A DNA stretch of 64,000 bases, taken from contig CAWFAK010000008.1 in NCBI GenBank assembly GCA_963813715.1, positions 352,001 through 416,000 on the forward strand. Direction: 5' to 3'. The notes beneath the pieces were generated by a model that was given only the letters and a program-made list of their open reading frames with translations, was not told where the DNA came from and made no database searches. Below, one piece after another: positions 11,720-23,108 of this stretch. The stretch comes from an uncultured Planctomycetaceae bacterium. GTDB taxonomy: Bacteria; Planctomycetota; Planctomycetia; Planctomycetales; Planctomycetaceae. How positions within the stretch are numbered: the first letter of the stretch is position 1; each line of letters opens with the position of its first letter. Both the position numbers and the translations under genes were made by a program.

Positions 11720-12318
11720 CCTCCGACAATGTCTTCATGACGCAACTGGACGCGGCCGCAAACTGGGCCCGCTCCAATAGCCTCTGGCCGATGCCGTTTG
11801 CCACGGCCTGCTGCGGCATCGAACTGATGGCGACCGCTTCGTCCCGGTACGACATCGCCCGTTTCGGCGCGGAAGTGATGCGGTTCAGCCCGCGGCAGTG
11901 CGACTTGTTGATCGTCGCCGGCCGCGTGGTGATGAAGATGCTCCCCGTACTGCAGCGGATCTGGCTGCAGATGCCCGAGCCCAAATGGTGCATTTCGATG
12001 GGGGCCTGTGCCTGCACGGGGGGCGTGTTCGACACATACGCCGTGGTGCTGGGCGTCGACCGCTTCATCCCGGTCGATATCTACGTTCCCGGCTGTCCGC
12101 CGCGACCCGAGCAGCTGTTGAACTCGATCATCGAGCTGCAAAACGCGATCAAGAAGCACGGCACGCTAAACGGGACGGAATTCGCGGACCGCCGCACGGC
12201 CGAGGGGCCCGCCCCCCTGTCGCTCGAGGAACTGCGCCGCAGCCGCGACTTCCTGCTGGCAAAAGCGGGGGATGAAGCGCTGGCTCAGCAACAACGGACG
12301 GCCCCACCCACTCAATGA
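11710..12318 (+). CDS. nuoB: NADH-quinone oxidoreductase subunit B
   Basis: [31 protein letters not shown] at 11710 overlaps the end of nuoA. Confidence 0.96.
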   Translation: MAITSDNVFMTQLDAAANWARSNSLWPMPFATACCGIELMATASSRYDIARFGAEVMRFSPRQCDLLIVAGRVVMKMLPVLQRIWLQMPEPKWCISMGACACTGGVFDTYAVVLGVDRFIPVDIYVPGCPPRPEQLLNSIIELQNAIKKHGTLNGTEFADRRTAEGPAPLSLEELRRSRDFLLAKAGDEALAQQQRTAPPTQ

Positions 12319-12818
12319 CCTCCATGAGCACCATCGAGCGGCTGAAACAGCGATTTAGCGGCGAAGGCTTCGCCAGCAGCCAATTTCGCGACAACACGCG
12401 TTTCGACATCCCCCCGGCCGACGTCACCGGCGTGCTGACTTTTCTCAAGAACGACTGTGGATTCGACCTGTTGGTCGATATCACCGCGGTCGACCTGCTT
12501 GAATATCCCGACGCTCGCAACCGCTTCCGCGTGTTCTACGCCCTGGCGAACACGGCGACGGCCGAGCGGATTTACATACGCACCCACCTCGACGAGCCGG
12601 AGCTGACGCTGCCCTCCGCGTACCCCTTGTGGCGCGGGGCGGACTGGATGGAGCGCGAGGTCTTCGACATGTTCGGCATTCGGTTCGCCGGTCACCCCAA
12701 CCTGAAACGGATCCTGATGCCCGAAGAATTTACGGCCTTTCCACTTCGTAAGGACTATCCCTTGCGTGGCCGCGGCGAGCGCCATAACTTTCCGGTCATC
12801 ACCCGTGCCGAAAGTTGA
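12315..12818 (+). CDS. nuoC: NADH-quinone oxidoreductase subunit C
   Basis: [31 protein letters not shown]. Confidence 0.96.
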   Translation: MTSMSTIERLKQRFSGEGFASSQFRDNTRFDIPPADVTGVLTFLKNDCGFDLLVDITAVDLLEYPDARNRFRVFYALANTATAERIYIRTHLDEPELTLPSAYPLWRGADWMEREVFDMFGIRFAGHPNLKRILMPEEFTAFPLRKDYPLRGRGERHNFPVITRAES

Positions 12819-12892
12819 GCCGACGGCGAGCGGCCGGCCCCGCCGGTCCGTGCTTTGCGATTCTTTGAGGCCCGCGGCAGTCGATCACCACT

Positions 12893-14113
12893 ATGTCCCT
12901 GCAACTTTCCGAGCTCAGCGACGCCGACTCAGACGACCAGGAGTATCTGTGGACCCTGAATTTCGGTCCGCAGCATCCGGCCACCCACACCACGCTGCGC
13001 CTGGTCCTCAAGCTCGACGGTGAAACGATCGTCGGCGCCGTGCCCGATATCGGCTACCTGCACAGCGGCTTCGAGAAACTGGGCGAAGACCTCGACTTCA
13101 ATCAGTACGTGACCATCGTCGACCGGATGAACTACATCTCGCCGGTCGCCAACGAGCTCTCTTGGATCCAAACGGTCGAAAAGCTGGTCGGCGTCACGAT
13201 CACGCCCCGCTGTAAATACGTCCGCACGATCTTTGCCGAGCTGATGCGGATCCACGATCACCTGCTCTGCGTCGGTGCTGCCGCGCTCGACCTGGGCGCC
13301 TTCACGCCGTTCTTGTACGCCTTCAAGCAGCGAGAAAAGATCTACGACATCTGCGAGTTCGCCTCGGGACAGCGATTCCACTCGAGCTACATGCGCGTGG
13401 GCGGCGTAATGTACGACGTGGATGACAAGTGGGTGAACCTCGTCCGCGATTTCGCCGCCCATTTCCCCGCGGCAGTGGCCGAAATCACCCGCCTGCTCAC
13501 CCGCAACCGCATCTTCATGTCACGGTTGCGCGGCGTCGGCGTGCTGACGCGCGAGGACGCGATCAATTTCAGCTGCTCGGGCCCCGTCGCCCGCGCCAGC
13601 GGCGTCGTCCGCGACCTTCGCAAAGACGAGCCCTATCTCGCCTATCCCGATTTCGACTTCAAGGTTGTCTGCTCCGACGGTTGCGACTGCTACTCGCGCT
13701 ATATGGTGCGGATGCAGGAAATGTTGGAATCGCAAAAGATCATCGAGCAGGCGATCGAGAACCTGCCCGGCGGAGCGATCAACGTCGATGCGGAGGGCCG
13801 GGCCATCATGCCCGGCAAGCAAGAGGTCTATCAGAGCATCGAAGGGCTGATTCGCCACTTCGAGACGATCATTCCCAACCGCGGCTTTTTGGCCCCGGTC
13901 GAAGAAATCTACTCGGCGCAGGAAACGGCCAACGGCGAGCTGGGCTACTACATCGTCGGCAACGGTACGATCAAAGCTTATCGGGCGCGGACGCGGCCCC
14001 CGTCGTACATCCATTTCGCGGTCTTCCCGCACCTGATCAAGGGACACACGCTGAGCGACGTGGTGGCCGTGCTGGGGAGCCTCAACATCATCGCGGCGGA
14101 GTTGGACCGATGA
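12893..14113 (+). CDS. nuoD: NADH-quinone oxidoreductase subunit D
   Basis: NFGPQHPATH, GYLHSGFEK, C-terminal IIAAELDR. Confidence 0.96.
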   Translation: MSLQLSELSDADSDDQEYLWTLNFGPQHPATHTTLRLVLKLDGETIVGAVPDIGYLHSGFEKLGEDLDFNQYVTIVDRMNYISPVANELSWIQTVEKLVGVTITPRCKYVRTIFAELMRIHDHLLCVGAAALDLGAFTPFLYAFKQREKIYDICEFASGQRFHSSYMRVGGVMYDVDDKWVNLVRDFAAHFPAAVAEITRLLTRNRIFMSRLRGVGVLTREDAINFSCSGPVARASGVVRDLRKDEPYLAYPDFDFKVVCSDGCDCYSRYMVRMQEMLESQKIIEQAIENLPGGAINVDAEGRAIMPGKQEVYQSIEGLIRHFETIIPNRGFLAPVEEIYSAQETANGELGYYIVGNGTIKAYRARTRPPSYIHFAVFPHLIKGHTLSDVVAVLGSLNIIAAELDR

Positions 14114-14586
14114 GCGCCTTATCCGAGGAGATCAAACAGCGGATTCGGGCCGAGTTCGTCAAATACGCGAACAAGCGGGCCGTTACGCTGCCGGCGCTTC
14201 ACATCGTGCAGGACGAGCATCGCTGCGTATCGTCGGATGCCATCCGCGAGGTCGCCACGCTTCTCGAACTGCCGCCGGCCGAGGTCTACGACACGCTGAG
14301 CTTTTACGGCTTTTTCCGCGACGAATCGGCCCCGTTGGGCAAGCATCGCGTCTGGATCTGCCGCAGCTTGTCGTGCGCCCTCCGCGGCGGCGAGGAATTA
14401 CTCGACGAACTGAGCGCGAAGCTCGGCGCCGAGCCTGGCGAAACGACCACCGACGGCAAGATCACGCTCGAATTCGCCGAGTGCCTGGGGGCCTGCGAGG
14501 GGGCTCCCTGTCTCTTGGTCGATGACGAGTGCCACATGAACATGACGACCGCCTCGGCCAGCGATTTGATTCAAAACCTGAAGTGA
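14110..14586 (+). CDS. nuoE: NADH-quinone oxidoreductase subunit E
   Basis: ATGA overlap with the nuoD stop; CRSLSC and ECLGAC 2Fe-2S ligands. Confidence 0.94.
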   Translation: MSALSEEIKQRIRAEFVKYANKRAVTLPALHIVQDEHRCVSSDAIREVATLLELPPAEVYDTLSFYGFFRDESAPLGKHRVWICRSLSCALRGGEELLDELSAKLGAEPGETTTDGKITLEFAECLGACEGAPCLLVDDECHMNMTTASASDLIQNLK

Positions 14587-14629
14587 ACGACTGGTTCGCG
14601 AGGCTCGCCAGCGTCAGATAGGCAACCAC

Positions 14630-15947
14630 GTGGCGACGTTTGAACCCGTACTGATGCGACGAGTCGGCAAGGAGAGCGGCCAGTCGCTCGCCGGCTACCG
14701 CGCCGACGGCGGCTACCAGGCGGTCAAAAAGGCGCTCGGCCTCGCCCCCGACGAAGTCACCAAAATCGTCAAAGACTCGGGCCTTCGCGGCCGCGGCGGC
14801 GCCGGCTTTCCCACGGGCGTCAAATGGACCTTTTTGCCCAAGGACCATCCGGGCCCGATTTATCTGTGCATAAATGCCGACGAGAGCGAGCCGGGGACGT
14901 TCAACAACCGCATCCTGATGGAGCACGACCCGCATCAGATCCTCGAGGGGATCATCATTGCGGCCCACGCCATCAAGTGCCACACGGCCTACCTCTATTT
15001 GCGCTACGAGTTCGGCCGCTCGTACCGCACGCTCGATCGGGCGATCCGCGAGTGCTACGCGAACAATCTGCTCGGCAAGAACATCCTGGGGACCGAATTC
15101 TCGCTCGACGTCTACCTGCATCGCGGAGCGGGAGCGTATATCTGCGGCGAAGAGACGGGGCTCTTGGAAAGTCTCGAAGGGAAGCGGGCCTGGCCGCGAA
15201 TCAAGCCGCCGTTTCCCGCCGTCGAAGGGCTCTTCCGCAAGCCGACGATCGTCAACAACATCGAAACGCTGGCCTGCGTGCCGCACATCATCGAGCGGGG
15301 CATCGACTGGTTCCGTTCGATCGGCGTGCCTCCCGATCCGAACAACCCGCGCGACGCCGGCAGCCTAGGCCCCAAGCTCTACTGCATCAGCGGGCACGTC
15401 AATCAGCCCGGCTGCGTGGAACTGCCGCTGGGAATCACGGCGCGCAGCGCTGGTCGATGAATACGGCGGTGGCGTGTGGAAGGGCCGCAAGGTGAAGGCC
15501 TGCGTGCCGGGCGGTATCAGCATGGGCTTCTTGAGCGCGGCGGAGATGGATACGCCGCTCGACTTCAACGGGCCCGGCAAGGTCGGCTGTCTGGGGCTGG
15601 GAACGGCCGCGGTGATCGTGGTCGACGATCAGACCAGCATGGTCGACGTGCTTTTCAACTGCTGCCGGTTCATGGCTCACGAATCGTGTGGGCAATGCAC
15701 GCCCTGCCGCGAGGGGACCGACTGGTCCCGCAAGATCCTGCAGCGGATTCGGGAAGGGCACGGCACCCTGAAGGATTTGGATACGCTCACCGAAATCGCC
15801 CACTCGATGGGGACGATTCCCGGCACGACGATCTGCGGCCTGGCTGACGGCGCCGCCTGGCCGATCAAAAACGCGATCCAGAAATTCCGCGGCGACTTCG
15901 AGCAATACATCCAGAGCGGCCGCAAAGCGGTCGCGGTGACGGCGTGA
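14630..15947 (+). CDS. nuoF: NADH-quinone oxidoreductase subunit F (1 apparent frameshift ~15445)
   Basis: GRGGAGF, NADESEPG, GAGAYICGEE in 14630..15460; ESCGQCTPCREG and TICGL in 15474..15947. Confidence 0.95.
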
Positions 15948-15954
15948 GGAACTG

Positions 15955-17757
15955 ATGGGGACCGTCCTCGTAAACGGCACTCCGGTCGAAATCGGCGCGA
16001 GCGAGCGGCTGAACGTGATTCAGGCCGCCGACCGGGTCGGTGTCGAGGTGCCGCGCTACTGCTGGCACCCGGCGCTGACGGTCGTCGCCAGCTGCCGCAT
16101 GTGCCTGGTCGAGACGGGCGAGAAGAAGCCGGACGGCACCATCGCCATGGGGCCCAAGCTCGTCCCCGGTTGCCAGACGCCGGTCAAAGACGGCATGGTC
16201 ATCGTCACCAACAGCGAGAAGGTGAAGGCCGCACAGGCGCAAACGCTCGAATACCTGCTGCTCAATCACCCGCTCGACTGCCCGGTCTGCGACCAGGCCG
16301 GCGAATGCTGGCTGCAGGACTACAGTTATCGCTACGGCCACGCCCATTCGCGGCTGCACGAGCCCAAGATCCACCGGCCGGACAAAGATTACATCGGTAA
16401 CGAGATCACGCTGTTTACCGACCGTTGCGTGATGTGCTCGCGGTGCGTGCGGTTCACACGCGAAATCGCGGGCACGGCCGAACTGCAAGTCATCAACCGG
16501 GGCAGCCACTCGGAAATCGACATCTTTCCGGGCAACCCGTGCAACAACAAGCTGGCGGGCAACGTCGTCGACATCTGCCCCGTCGGCGCGCTGTGCAGCA
16601 AAGATTTCCTCTACAAGCAGCGGGTCTGGTGGCTGCAGATGAAGGAGAGCGTCTGCCCCAACTGCAGCACGGGCTGCAGCATCACCGTCGATCAAAACAA
16701 CGACCACGTCTATCGGCTCCGGCCGCGATACAATCCGCAGGCCCAAGGCCACTTCATGTGCGACGAGGGTCGCTTCGGCTTCAAATACGTGCATCATCCG
16801 GATCGGCTGGGTGAGCCGCTGGCCCGTCCCAAAGCCGGGCCGAAGTCGAACGATTGGTCCGCCGTGCTCGCAGGCGTTCGCACGGCGCTCAACGAGGCGG
16901 TGCAAACAAACGCCGCGGGCGTCGTCGGCCTACTGTCGCCGTGGATGACCGTCGAAGAGGCCTTCCTGCTCGCGAAATACCTGAAGTCCCTGTCGCCCCA
17001 AGTCCGCTTGGCGCTCGGCCCCGTGCCGATTGAAGGGGAGGATGACCGCTATCCCAAGGGGTTCGACGGACGTCCGCTGGAAAAAACGCTTTTTACGATC
17101 CGCGCCGAAAAATGTCCCAACCGCGCGGGCGTGTCGGCCGTGCTGCAGCACTTCGAGGGGAAAGTCGTCACGTTCGACGAGATCAAGTCGGAACTGGCGG
17201 CCGGCCGCGTCGATGCGCTCTACGCCGTCGGTGGATATCGGCTCCCTTGGCTCACCGATGCAGACCGCACCTGGCTTGCCGCGCTCAAGCTGCTCATCGT
17301 GCAGGATATTCTGCCGTCGCCGGCCAGTGAGTTGGCCCACTATCTGTTGCCCGGCGGCTCCTTCGCTGAGAAGGACGGCACGTTCGTCAATCACGCCGGG
17401 CTGGCCCAGGAGATTCATCGCGCGGTCCGCGGTCCCGGCGAGTGCTGGACCGATGGCCGCATCCTCATGGAACTGAGCGGCCGACGCGGCCTGTTCCATG
17501 CACCGACTTTACGAACCGAAATCGGCACGGAGATTCCCGCGCTGGCCGGATTGCGGGCCGGACGTCTGGGCCCGCTGGGGCACGCGAGCGCCGACGGTGC
17601 GAGTGCCGGTCCGTCCGACGGATCGGTCCACGCGTTGCCGACGTGGGCTCCCGCGCCGACGGTTCCCCACGCTCCACCGGCATCGGGCCCGCCCGCGCCG
17701 CCTCCGCCGCATCTCTCCTCGCAAAAGCCGCCGGCGGCAGCCGGAGCCAAGCCATGA
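15955..17757 (+). CDS. nuoG: NADH-quinone oxidoreductase subunit G
   Basis: PRYCWH...CRMC, HPLDCPVCDQAGEC, CVMCSRC, CPNCSTGC Fe-S motifs; Pro-rich tail. Confidence 0.94.
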   Translation: MGTVLVNGTPVEIGASERLNVIQAADRVGVEVPRYCWHPALTVVASCRMCLVETGEKKPDGTIAMGPKLVPGCQTPVKDGMVIVTNSEKVKAAQAQTLEYLLLNHPLDCPVCDQAGECWLQDYSYRYGHAHSRLHEPKIHRPDKDYIGNEITLFTDRCVMCSRCVRFTREIAGTAELQVINRGSHSEIDIFPGNPCNNKLAGNVVDICPVGALCSKDFLYKQRVWWLQMKESVCPNCSTGCSITVDQNNDHVYRLRPRYNPQAQGHFMCDEGRFGFKYVHHPDRLGEPLARPKAGPKSNDWSAVLAGVRTALNEAVQTNAAGVVGLLSPWMTVEEAFLLAKYLKSLSPQVRLALGPVPIEGEDDRYPKGFDGRPLEKTLFTIRAEKCPNRAGVSAVLQHFEGKVVTFDEIKSELAAGRVDALYAVGGYRLPWLTDADRTWLAALKLLIVQDILPSPASELAHYLLPGGSFAEKDGTFVNHAGLAQEIHRAVRGPGECWTDGRILMELSGRRGLFHAPTLRTEIGTEIPALAGLRAGRLGPLGHASADGASAGPSDGSVHALPTWAPAPTVPHAPPASGPPAPPPPHLSSQKPPAAAGAKP

Positions 17758-18896
17758 ATTGGATTCACGCGATCATCGCGATCGTGGTCGTGCTGGGGGG
17801 CGTGCTCACCACGTGCATGTACCTGATCTGGATCGAGCGCAAACTCTCGGCCCGGATTCAGGACCGCATCGGCCCCAACCGCGTCGGCCCGTTCGGGCTG
17901 CTGCAATCGGTGGCCGACGGCATCAAGTTCGTCCTCAAAGAGGACGTGATCCCCGCGACGGCCGACAAAACGCTGTTCATCGTCGCCCCGACGATCTCGG
18001 TCTTCACCACGATGCTGGCCTTCTCGGTCGTGCCGTTTGGTCCGCCGGCGTCGGCGCCGGGCGGATTTCCCTACGCCATCGCGCCCAATCTCGACATCGG
18101 CATTCTGTTCGTGTTCGCGGTGACCAGCCTCGCCGTGTACGGCGTGATCTTGGGGGGCTGGTCGTCGAACAACAAATACAGCGCGCTGGGCAGCCTCCGC
18201 TCGAGCGCCCAGGTCGTCAGCTACGAGATTCCGCTGGGGCTCTCGGTGCTGGGCGTGGGGCTGTTGGCCGGCTCGTTCAATCTCGAGACGGTGATCGGCG
18301 GCCAGGCGGTCGGCATTTTCCACTGGAACATCTGGTTTCAACCGCTGGCTTGGCTGATTTTCTTCGCGAGCGGTCTGGCCGAATCGAACCGTTTGCCTTT
18401 CGACCTGCCCGAGTGCGAGCAGGAGCTGGTGGGGGGCTATCACACCGAATATAGCGCGCTCAAGTTCGCAATGTTCTTTCTGGCCGAATACACCCACGTG
18501 ATCACGATCAGCTTCCTGTCGGCGATCATGTTCTTCGGCGGCTGGCATTTCCCCTGGATCGCGCGGGCCGACAGCGTTTACACCGGGGCGGTGGTCGTGA
18601 AGGTGCTGGTCCTGTTGGCCAAAGTGGGAGCCATCATCACGTTTATCATGATCATTCGCTGGACGATTCCGCGGTTTCGCTTCGATCAGTTGATGGGGCT
18701 GACTTGGAAGGTCTTCATTCCCTTGTCGCTGGCCAACCTCCTCGGGATGATGATCGTCAAACAATACGGCCTGAGCCCGTGGTGGATGCTGCCGTTCTCG
18801 GCGGCGCTGGTTGTGGTGACCACGGGCACGTCGCTCTGGATGACCCGCGGCGTTCCCGAAAACGTCGCGGCCCAATGGCGCGGCCGCCTGACCTAG
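17754..18896 (+). CDS. nuoH: NADH-quinone oxidoreductase subunit H
   Basis: ATG at 17754; ERKLSARIQDRIGPNRVG, SSNNKYS, RLPFDLPECEQELVGGYHTEYS. Confidence 0.96.
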   Translation: MNWIHAIIAIVVVLGGVLTTCMYLIWIERKLSARIQDRIGPNRVGPFGLLQSVADGIKFVLKEDVIPATADKTLFIVAPTISVFTTMLAFSVVPFGPPASAPGGFPYAIAPNLDIGILFVFAVTSLAVYGVILGGWSSNNKYSALGSLRSSAQVVSYEIPLGLSVLGVGLLAGSFNLETVIGGQAVGIFHWNIWFQPLAWLIFFASGLAESNRLPFDLPECEQELVGGYHTEYSALKFAMFFLAEYTHVITISFLSAIMFFGGWHFPWIARADSVYTGAVVVKVLVLLAKVGAIITFIMIIRWTIPRFRFDQLMGLTWKVFIPLSLANLLGMMIVKQYGLSPWWMLPFSAALVVVTTGTSLWMTRGVPENVAAQWRGRLT

Positions 18897-18964
18897 TTGG
18901 CCGCACAAGTTCCTGTTCAATCGATCGACTTCGTTTCTTTTGACGAGCGACTGCCGGACGAATC

Positions 18965-19625
18965 ATGCCGATCAAGCCGGAAGACGTGACCTGGGTGAAG
19001 GAGCCGCAGTACGGGCTGCTGGATGCGATGTATCTGCCGGCGATCGCCGAAGGGCTGCGGACGACCGTGCAGCACCTCTTCAGGCCGGACACGATCACCG
19101 AGCAGTATCCCGAAGAAAAGCCAGACCTGCCGCTCAACTATCGCGGCGTTCACCGGCTGAACAAGGACGACGCGGGGCACGTGAAGTGCGTCGCCTGTTT
19201 CCTATGCGCGACGGCCTGCCCGGCGCGGTGCATCGAAATTGTGGGGGACAAGGCCCCGGCCGACTGGGCGGGCCGCGACAAATATCCGACGACGTTCGTG
19301 ATCGACGAGCTCAAGTGCATTTATTGCGGCATGTGCGAAGAGGCATGCCCTGTCGATGCAATCGAGCTGACGAGCATTTACGATCTCGTGGGTCACTCGC
19401 GGAAAGAGATGCTCTACGACAAGGAAAAGCTGCTGTCGGTCTACGACGAGACGATCAAGTCGGGCAAAGACCCGATTCGCACGCACTCCACTCCGCTGGG
19501 TCCGGCCTCGCAAATCGCCATTACGCATGTTCCCCGCCGGCGGCAGCGCCTCGGCGGCACACCCAGTCGGACCACTCGGCCCGCCGAGCGCACCCGAAAC
19601 TCCGCACCACGAACGTACTCCCTGA
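18965..19625 (+). CDS. nuoI: NADH-quinone oxidoreductase subunit I (probable extra C near 19532 hides its stop)
   Basis: CVACFLCATACP and CIYCGMCEEACP. Removing one C from GTTCCCCGCC gives the tail AGGSASAAHPVGPLGPPSAPETPHHERTP ending TGA 19623-25. Confidence 0.9.
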
Positions 19626-19636
19626 ACCAATCCCCC

Positions 19637-20458
19637 ATGAATGCACTCTTCGCATGGATTGCTGAAAACCGGGCCATGCTGGTCCCGCCGGTCTTCGGCT
19701 TCCTTGCGCTCTACCTCCTCTTGCCGCGCGAGTACCGCTTCTGGCGGCCGATCGGCATCGCGTTCGGCGTGGTCGCACTGGGAGTGCTGGGATACCTGTT
19801 CAGCGTTCCGGGCACGTCGCTCGACAGCGTTTTGTTCTACCTGTTTGCGGGCTTGGCGATCATCGCCGCGGCGGCGACGGTGACATTTCCCAATCCGATT
19901 TATTCCGCCCTGTCGTTCGCGCTCGTGGTTTTGAGCGTGAGCGGCCTGTTCGTGCTCCGCGGCGCGATGTTTCTGGCCGCGACGACGGTGATCATTTACG
20001 CCGGGGCGATCGTCGTGATGTTTCTGTTCATCATCATGCTGTCGCGACATCCCGGGAACGCCCCCTATGACCGGCGGGCGCGCGAACCGTTTCTGGGTTC
20101 GCTGGCCGCCTTCCTGCTCTTGAGCGTGCTCGTGTTCACTTTGGCCGACTGGACGAAGTCGGGCATCGGGCCGTCCCACGGAGCGACGGCCAGCGAACTG
20201 GCGGCGGCCGATCCGCTCGACGTGCCGCCGCGCAGTCGGAGCGGCTTCATCCCCATTCCGAATCACGTGGATCCCTATCGCCAGAGCCACGTGCGAGTCA
20301 ACGAGCCGAGCCCTCTCCGCGGCTTGGGGCGAACGTTCTTCACCGATTACCTGTTTGTCGTCGAATTGGCGGGCACGCTGCTGTTGGTGGCAGGCGTAGG
20401 CGCGGTGGCTATCGCTCCGCGCCGCGTGCGCGCTCCGCAAAGACCACCGACCGGCTGA
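19637..20458 (+). CDS. nuoJ: NADH-quinone oxidoreductase subunit J
   Basis: ATG 19637; NPIYSAL, IIYAGAIVVMFLFIIML, YLFVVELAGTLLLV. Confidence 0.9.
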   Translation: MNALFAWIAENRAMLVPPVFGFLALYLLLPREYRFWRPIGIAFGVVALGVLGYLFSVPGTSLDSVLFYLFAGLAIIAAAATVTFPNPIYSALSFALVVLSVSGLFVLRGAMFLAATTVIIYAGAIVVMFLFIIMLSRHPGNAPYDRRAREPFLGSLAAFLLLSVLVFTLADWTKSGIGPSHGATASELAAADPLDVPPRSRSGFIPIPNHVDPYRQSHVRVNEPSPLRGLGRTFFTDYLFVVELAGTLLLVAGVGAVAIAPRRVRAPQRPPTG

Positions 20459-20533
20459 TTGAGAATTGCGGAACCGCACCAACGGACAAGCCGACCGACA
20501 ACGACGCCAACCGGCAACTGAAACCAGCGGCTA

Positions 20534-20989
20534 ATGACATCCGACTTGCTGAGTTACCTGATCGTGGGAGCCGTGCTGTTCGCTCTGGGAGCGCTCGGCT
20601 TTCTCACGCGTCGCAATATGATTGTCGCCTTCCTGAGCGCGGAAATGATGCTCTTGGGCGTCACGCTCAATCTGGTCGCCTTCAGTTACGAGCATTCCAA
20701 CTACGAAGGACAGGCCTTCACCGCGATCGTGCTGACCGTGGCGGCGTGCGAGGCGGCCCTGGCGCTGGCCCTGATCTCCTCGCTTTATCGCTTGCGGAAG
20801 ACCTTAGACCTCTCGGCCTGGCACGACCTGGGCGAGCCCGAGCCGGAACCACTGGTCGAATCCGCCGAAGTGGAACGGCCGCTGCCCGCCCAGCACTTCC
20901 CGCGGCTCACGCCGGCCGGGCACCAACCCGAAACTGCTCCGCTCATCCAGTCGGCCACCGCCCCGTTGGAGACGTCGTCCCGTGTCTGA
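20534..20989 (+). CDS. nuoK: NADH-quinone oxidoreductase subunit K with C-terminal extension
   Basis: RRNMIVAFLSAEMML, VAACEAALALA. Confidence 0.94.
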   Translation: MTSDLLSYLIVGAVLFALGALGFLTRRNMIVAFLSAEMMLLGVTLNLVAFSYEHSNYEGQAFTAIVLTVAACEAALALALISSLYRLRKTLDLSAWHDLGEPEPEPLVESAEVERPLPAQHFPRLTPAGHQPETAPLIQSATAPLETSSRV

Positions 20990-23108
20990 CACGGCCCAAA
21001 CCGTCATCCTGTGGTTGATCCCCGGCTGCCCGCTCGCGGCGGCCGTGCTGGTCGGGCTGTTCGGCCGGTCGATCTTTCGCACGAGCTCCCACCGCGTCGT
21101 GGTATTGGCCGTGGCCGTTTCGTGTGTGTTGGCGCTCCTGCAGCTGGGCCACGTGGCGGGCATCGCCGCCCACCATGCCAAGGCCGAAGGGGAGTCGGCC
21201 GCCCGCGCGGCCCGCGTCAATGCGCCCGAATCGGTGCGAGACGCGGACGGCTTCGAGTGGGTGTCGATCGGCGACATGCACGTGGAGGTCGCGCTCCGGG
21301 TCGACGCGCTCTCGGCCGTGATGCTGGCCATGGTCACCTTCGTCAGCCTGCTGGTCACCATCTACGCCAGCGGCTACATGCACGGCGACCCGGGCTATCC
21401 GCGGTTCTTCGCCGAGATGGCGCTCTTCGTGTTTTCGATGTGCATGCTGGTGATGGCCCGCAACTTTGTGGTGCTGTTTGTCTTCTGGGAAGCCGTCGGT
21501 CTGTGCAGTTACCTGCTGGTCGGCTTCTGGTTCGAGCGCCCCTCCGCCGCGGCCGCCGCGGTGAAGGCCTTCGTGATGAACCGGATCGGCGATGCGGCGT
21601 TCCTGGTCGCCATCTACTTGATCTGGCGGACCTTCGGCAGTCTCGACTTTCAGGATGTCTTCCGCGGACGCGACGCGTTCCTCGTACCGCCCGCTCACTT
21701 CAATCTCCGCGTGCTGACGATCTGCTTGTGCCTGTTTACCGGGGCGTGCGGCAAGTCGGCTCAGTTTCCGCTGCACCTGTGGTTGCCCGACGCGATGGAG
21801 GGCCCCACCCCGGTGAGTGCCCTGATTCACGCGGCCACGATGGTCACGGCCGGCGTCTATCTGGTCGCCCGCTGCACGCCGCTGTTTGTGCTCGCTCCCG
21901 ACGCCCAGGCGATCGTGGCCTCGATCGGCGCGATTACGGCCCTGATGGCCGCGCTCATCGCGCTCACGCAGAACGACCTCAAGCGTGTGCTCGCCTACTC
22001 GACAATCAGCCAGCTCGGCTACATGTTCATGGCGCTGGGGTCGGCGGCGGCCGGCGAAACCTTCGCTCTGGCCGCGGTCACGGCCGCCATCTTCCACATG
22101 TTCACGCACGCCTTCTTCAAGGCTCTCTTGTTCCTCTCGGCCGGCAACGTGATGCACTCGATGGGGAACGTCATCGACATGCGGCAGTTCAGCGGCCTGC
22201 GGAAAGTCCTGCCCTGGACGCACTGGAGCTTCCTCTGTGGCAGCCTGGCCCTGGCCGGCTTCCCGCTCCTCTCCGGCTTCTGGAGTAAGGACGAAATCTT
22301 CGGCCTGTTGCTGAACGCCACGCACCACGGCGAGTATCCGCGGCTGTTCCAACTCGTCTTTGCCGCCGCGTTTTTGACGGCCATCCTCACAGCGTTCTAT
22401 ACGTTCCGCGCGTACTTTCTCACATTCTTCGGGCCGCTCCGCGTGCCGGCCGAGGCACTGGCTCACGGTGCTCACGGCCACCCCGCGGAGGATGGGCACG
22501 GCCACCCAACGCCGTCCGTCGCCGCGACCGGCTCGCTCGTTTTCGACAAGCACGCGCTCGCTCCTCCGATTCACGAAGGGCCGCGGGCGATGACTTGGCC
22601 CTTGGCCGTGCTGGCGACGTTCGCGCTTCTCATCGGGGCGATCGTCGGTCCCACCGGTCTCTTTGCCGGCTGGGTCGAGCTCATACCTTCGACCTTACAG
22701 CTGCAGGAAATCGGCCTGCAGTGGGGTCTGGCGCTTGCCAGTTCGCTGGCCGCAGTCGGCGGAATCGCGATTGCCTATTGGATGTATGCCCAGCCGTCCG
22801 ATCGTCCGGCAAAGGCGGCGACTGCGGCCGGGCCGTTTTATACGTTGTCGCTCAATAAGTTTTACCTCGACGAGTTGGCGACAGTGCTCGTGACCTTTCC
22901 GGTCAGTGCCATCGCCTTTATGTCGCTGCTCTTCGATCAGGGCGTGATCGATCGCCTGGTCGACGAAGTCGGCATCGTCCCGCCGGCAGTTGGCCGGTTT
23001 CTGCGTCCCGTGCAGAACGGATTGATTCAGTCTTACGCGCTGGTGATGGTCTTCGGACTGGCCATCTTCTTGACCACAGTTCTTCAAGTTTGGATGGTGC
23101 GGATGTGA
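20982..23108 (+). CDS. nuoL: NADH-quinone oxidoreductase subunit L
   Basis: [41 protein letters not shown]. Confidence 0.97.
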   Translation: MSDTAQTVILWLIPGCPLAAAVLVGLFGRSIFRTSSHRVVVLAVAVSCVLALLQLGHVAGIAAHHAKAEGESAARAARVNAPESVRDADGFEWVSIGDMHVEVALRVDALSAVMLAMVTFVSLLVTIYASGYMHGDPGYPRFFAEMALFVFSMCMLVMARNFVVLFVFWEAVGLCSYLLVGFWFERPSAAAAAVKAFVMNRIGDAAFLVAIYLIWRTFGSLDFQDVFRGRDAFLVPPAHFNLRVLTICLCLFTGACGKSAQFPLHLWLPDAMEGPTPVSALIHAATMVTAGVYLVARCTPLFVLAPDAQAIVASIGAITALMAALIALTQNDLKRVLAYSTISQLGYMFMALGSAAAGETFALAAVTAAIFHMFTHAFFKALLFLSAGNVMHSMGNVIDMRQFSGLRKVLPWTHWSFLCGSLALAGFPLLSGFWSKDEIFGLLLNATHHGEYPRLFQLVFAAAFLTAILTAFYTFRAYFLTFFGPLRVPAEALAHGAHGHPAEDGHGHPTPSVAATGSLVFDKHALAPPIHEGPRAMTWPLAVLATFALLIGAIVGPTGLFAGWVELIPSTLQLQEIGLQWGLALASSLAAVGGIAIAYWMYAQPSDRPAKAATAAGPFYTLSLNKFYLDELATVLVTFPVSAIAFMSLLFDQGVIDRLVDEVGIVPPAVGRFLRPVQNGLIQSYALVMVFGLAIFLTTVLQVWMVRM

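Noticed and set aside
18965..20458. Apparent 497-aa NuoI-NuoJ fusion
   Set aside because: One extra C near 19532 explains it. The corrected frame stops at 19625, 11 bp before a good nuoJ ATG, and indels are common in this window.
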